A DNA stretch of 64,000 nucleotides from an uncultured delta proteobacterium (GTDB taxonomy: Bacteria > Myxococcota_A > Polyangia > Polyangiales > B10-G4). The translations under genes were made by a program, and so were the position numbers. Under the pieces are notes generated by a model. That model ran no database searches. It was not told where the DNA came from and saw only the letters and a program-made list of their open reading frames with translations. This document shows, one piece after another, positions 63,993 through 64,000 of the stretch (position 1 is the stretch's first letter; each line of letters begins with the position of its first letter). Location of the stretch: contig CAVSGI010000015.1 in the NCBI GenBank assembly GCA_963727445.1, forward strand, positions 192,001-256,000. The letters run 5' to 3'.

Positions 63993-64000
63993 GCTTCTGA

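Overview
A high-GC, gene-dense bacterial chromosomal window whose content points to Myxococcota (probably Polyangiales/Sandaracinaceae-like; this is an inference from gene content). The signs are MYXO-CTERM-type tails, Cys-rich surface lipoproteins, Hanks Ser/Thr kinases, FHA-sigma54 activators and PilZ proteins. About 50 CDS are supported. They include housekeeping genes (rimO, YfhL-type ferredoxin, aspS, mobA, fdhD, clpB), signalling modules (Crp plus class II cNMP phosphodiesterase, kinase-STAND-WD40, PAS kinases with a REC-TrxB fusion), glycosyltransferases and many surface proteins. No rRNA, tRNA, CRISPR array, transposase or prophage was recognised. The most unusual signals are non-coding. 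(1) A 211-bp hairpin-packed unit is repeated about 3.9 times at 4102-4916. Its hairpin architecture recurs, with a different central insert, inside a ~410-bp long-inverted-repeat element at 33614-34024. (2) Two AT-rich 26-bp inverted-repeat elements starting GGGGACG sit right after stop codons (8510, 53184). Notable proteins include a GHKL-ATPase/HExxH metallopeptidase fusion, a beta-integrin-like VWA lipoprotein, a two-domain arrestin-like protein and a NAGPA/7-repeat propeller surface enzyme. About ten single-base indels break aspS, clpB and two other genes and are best explained as assembly artefacts.
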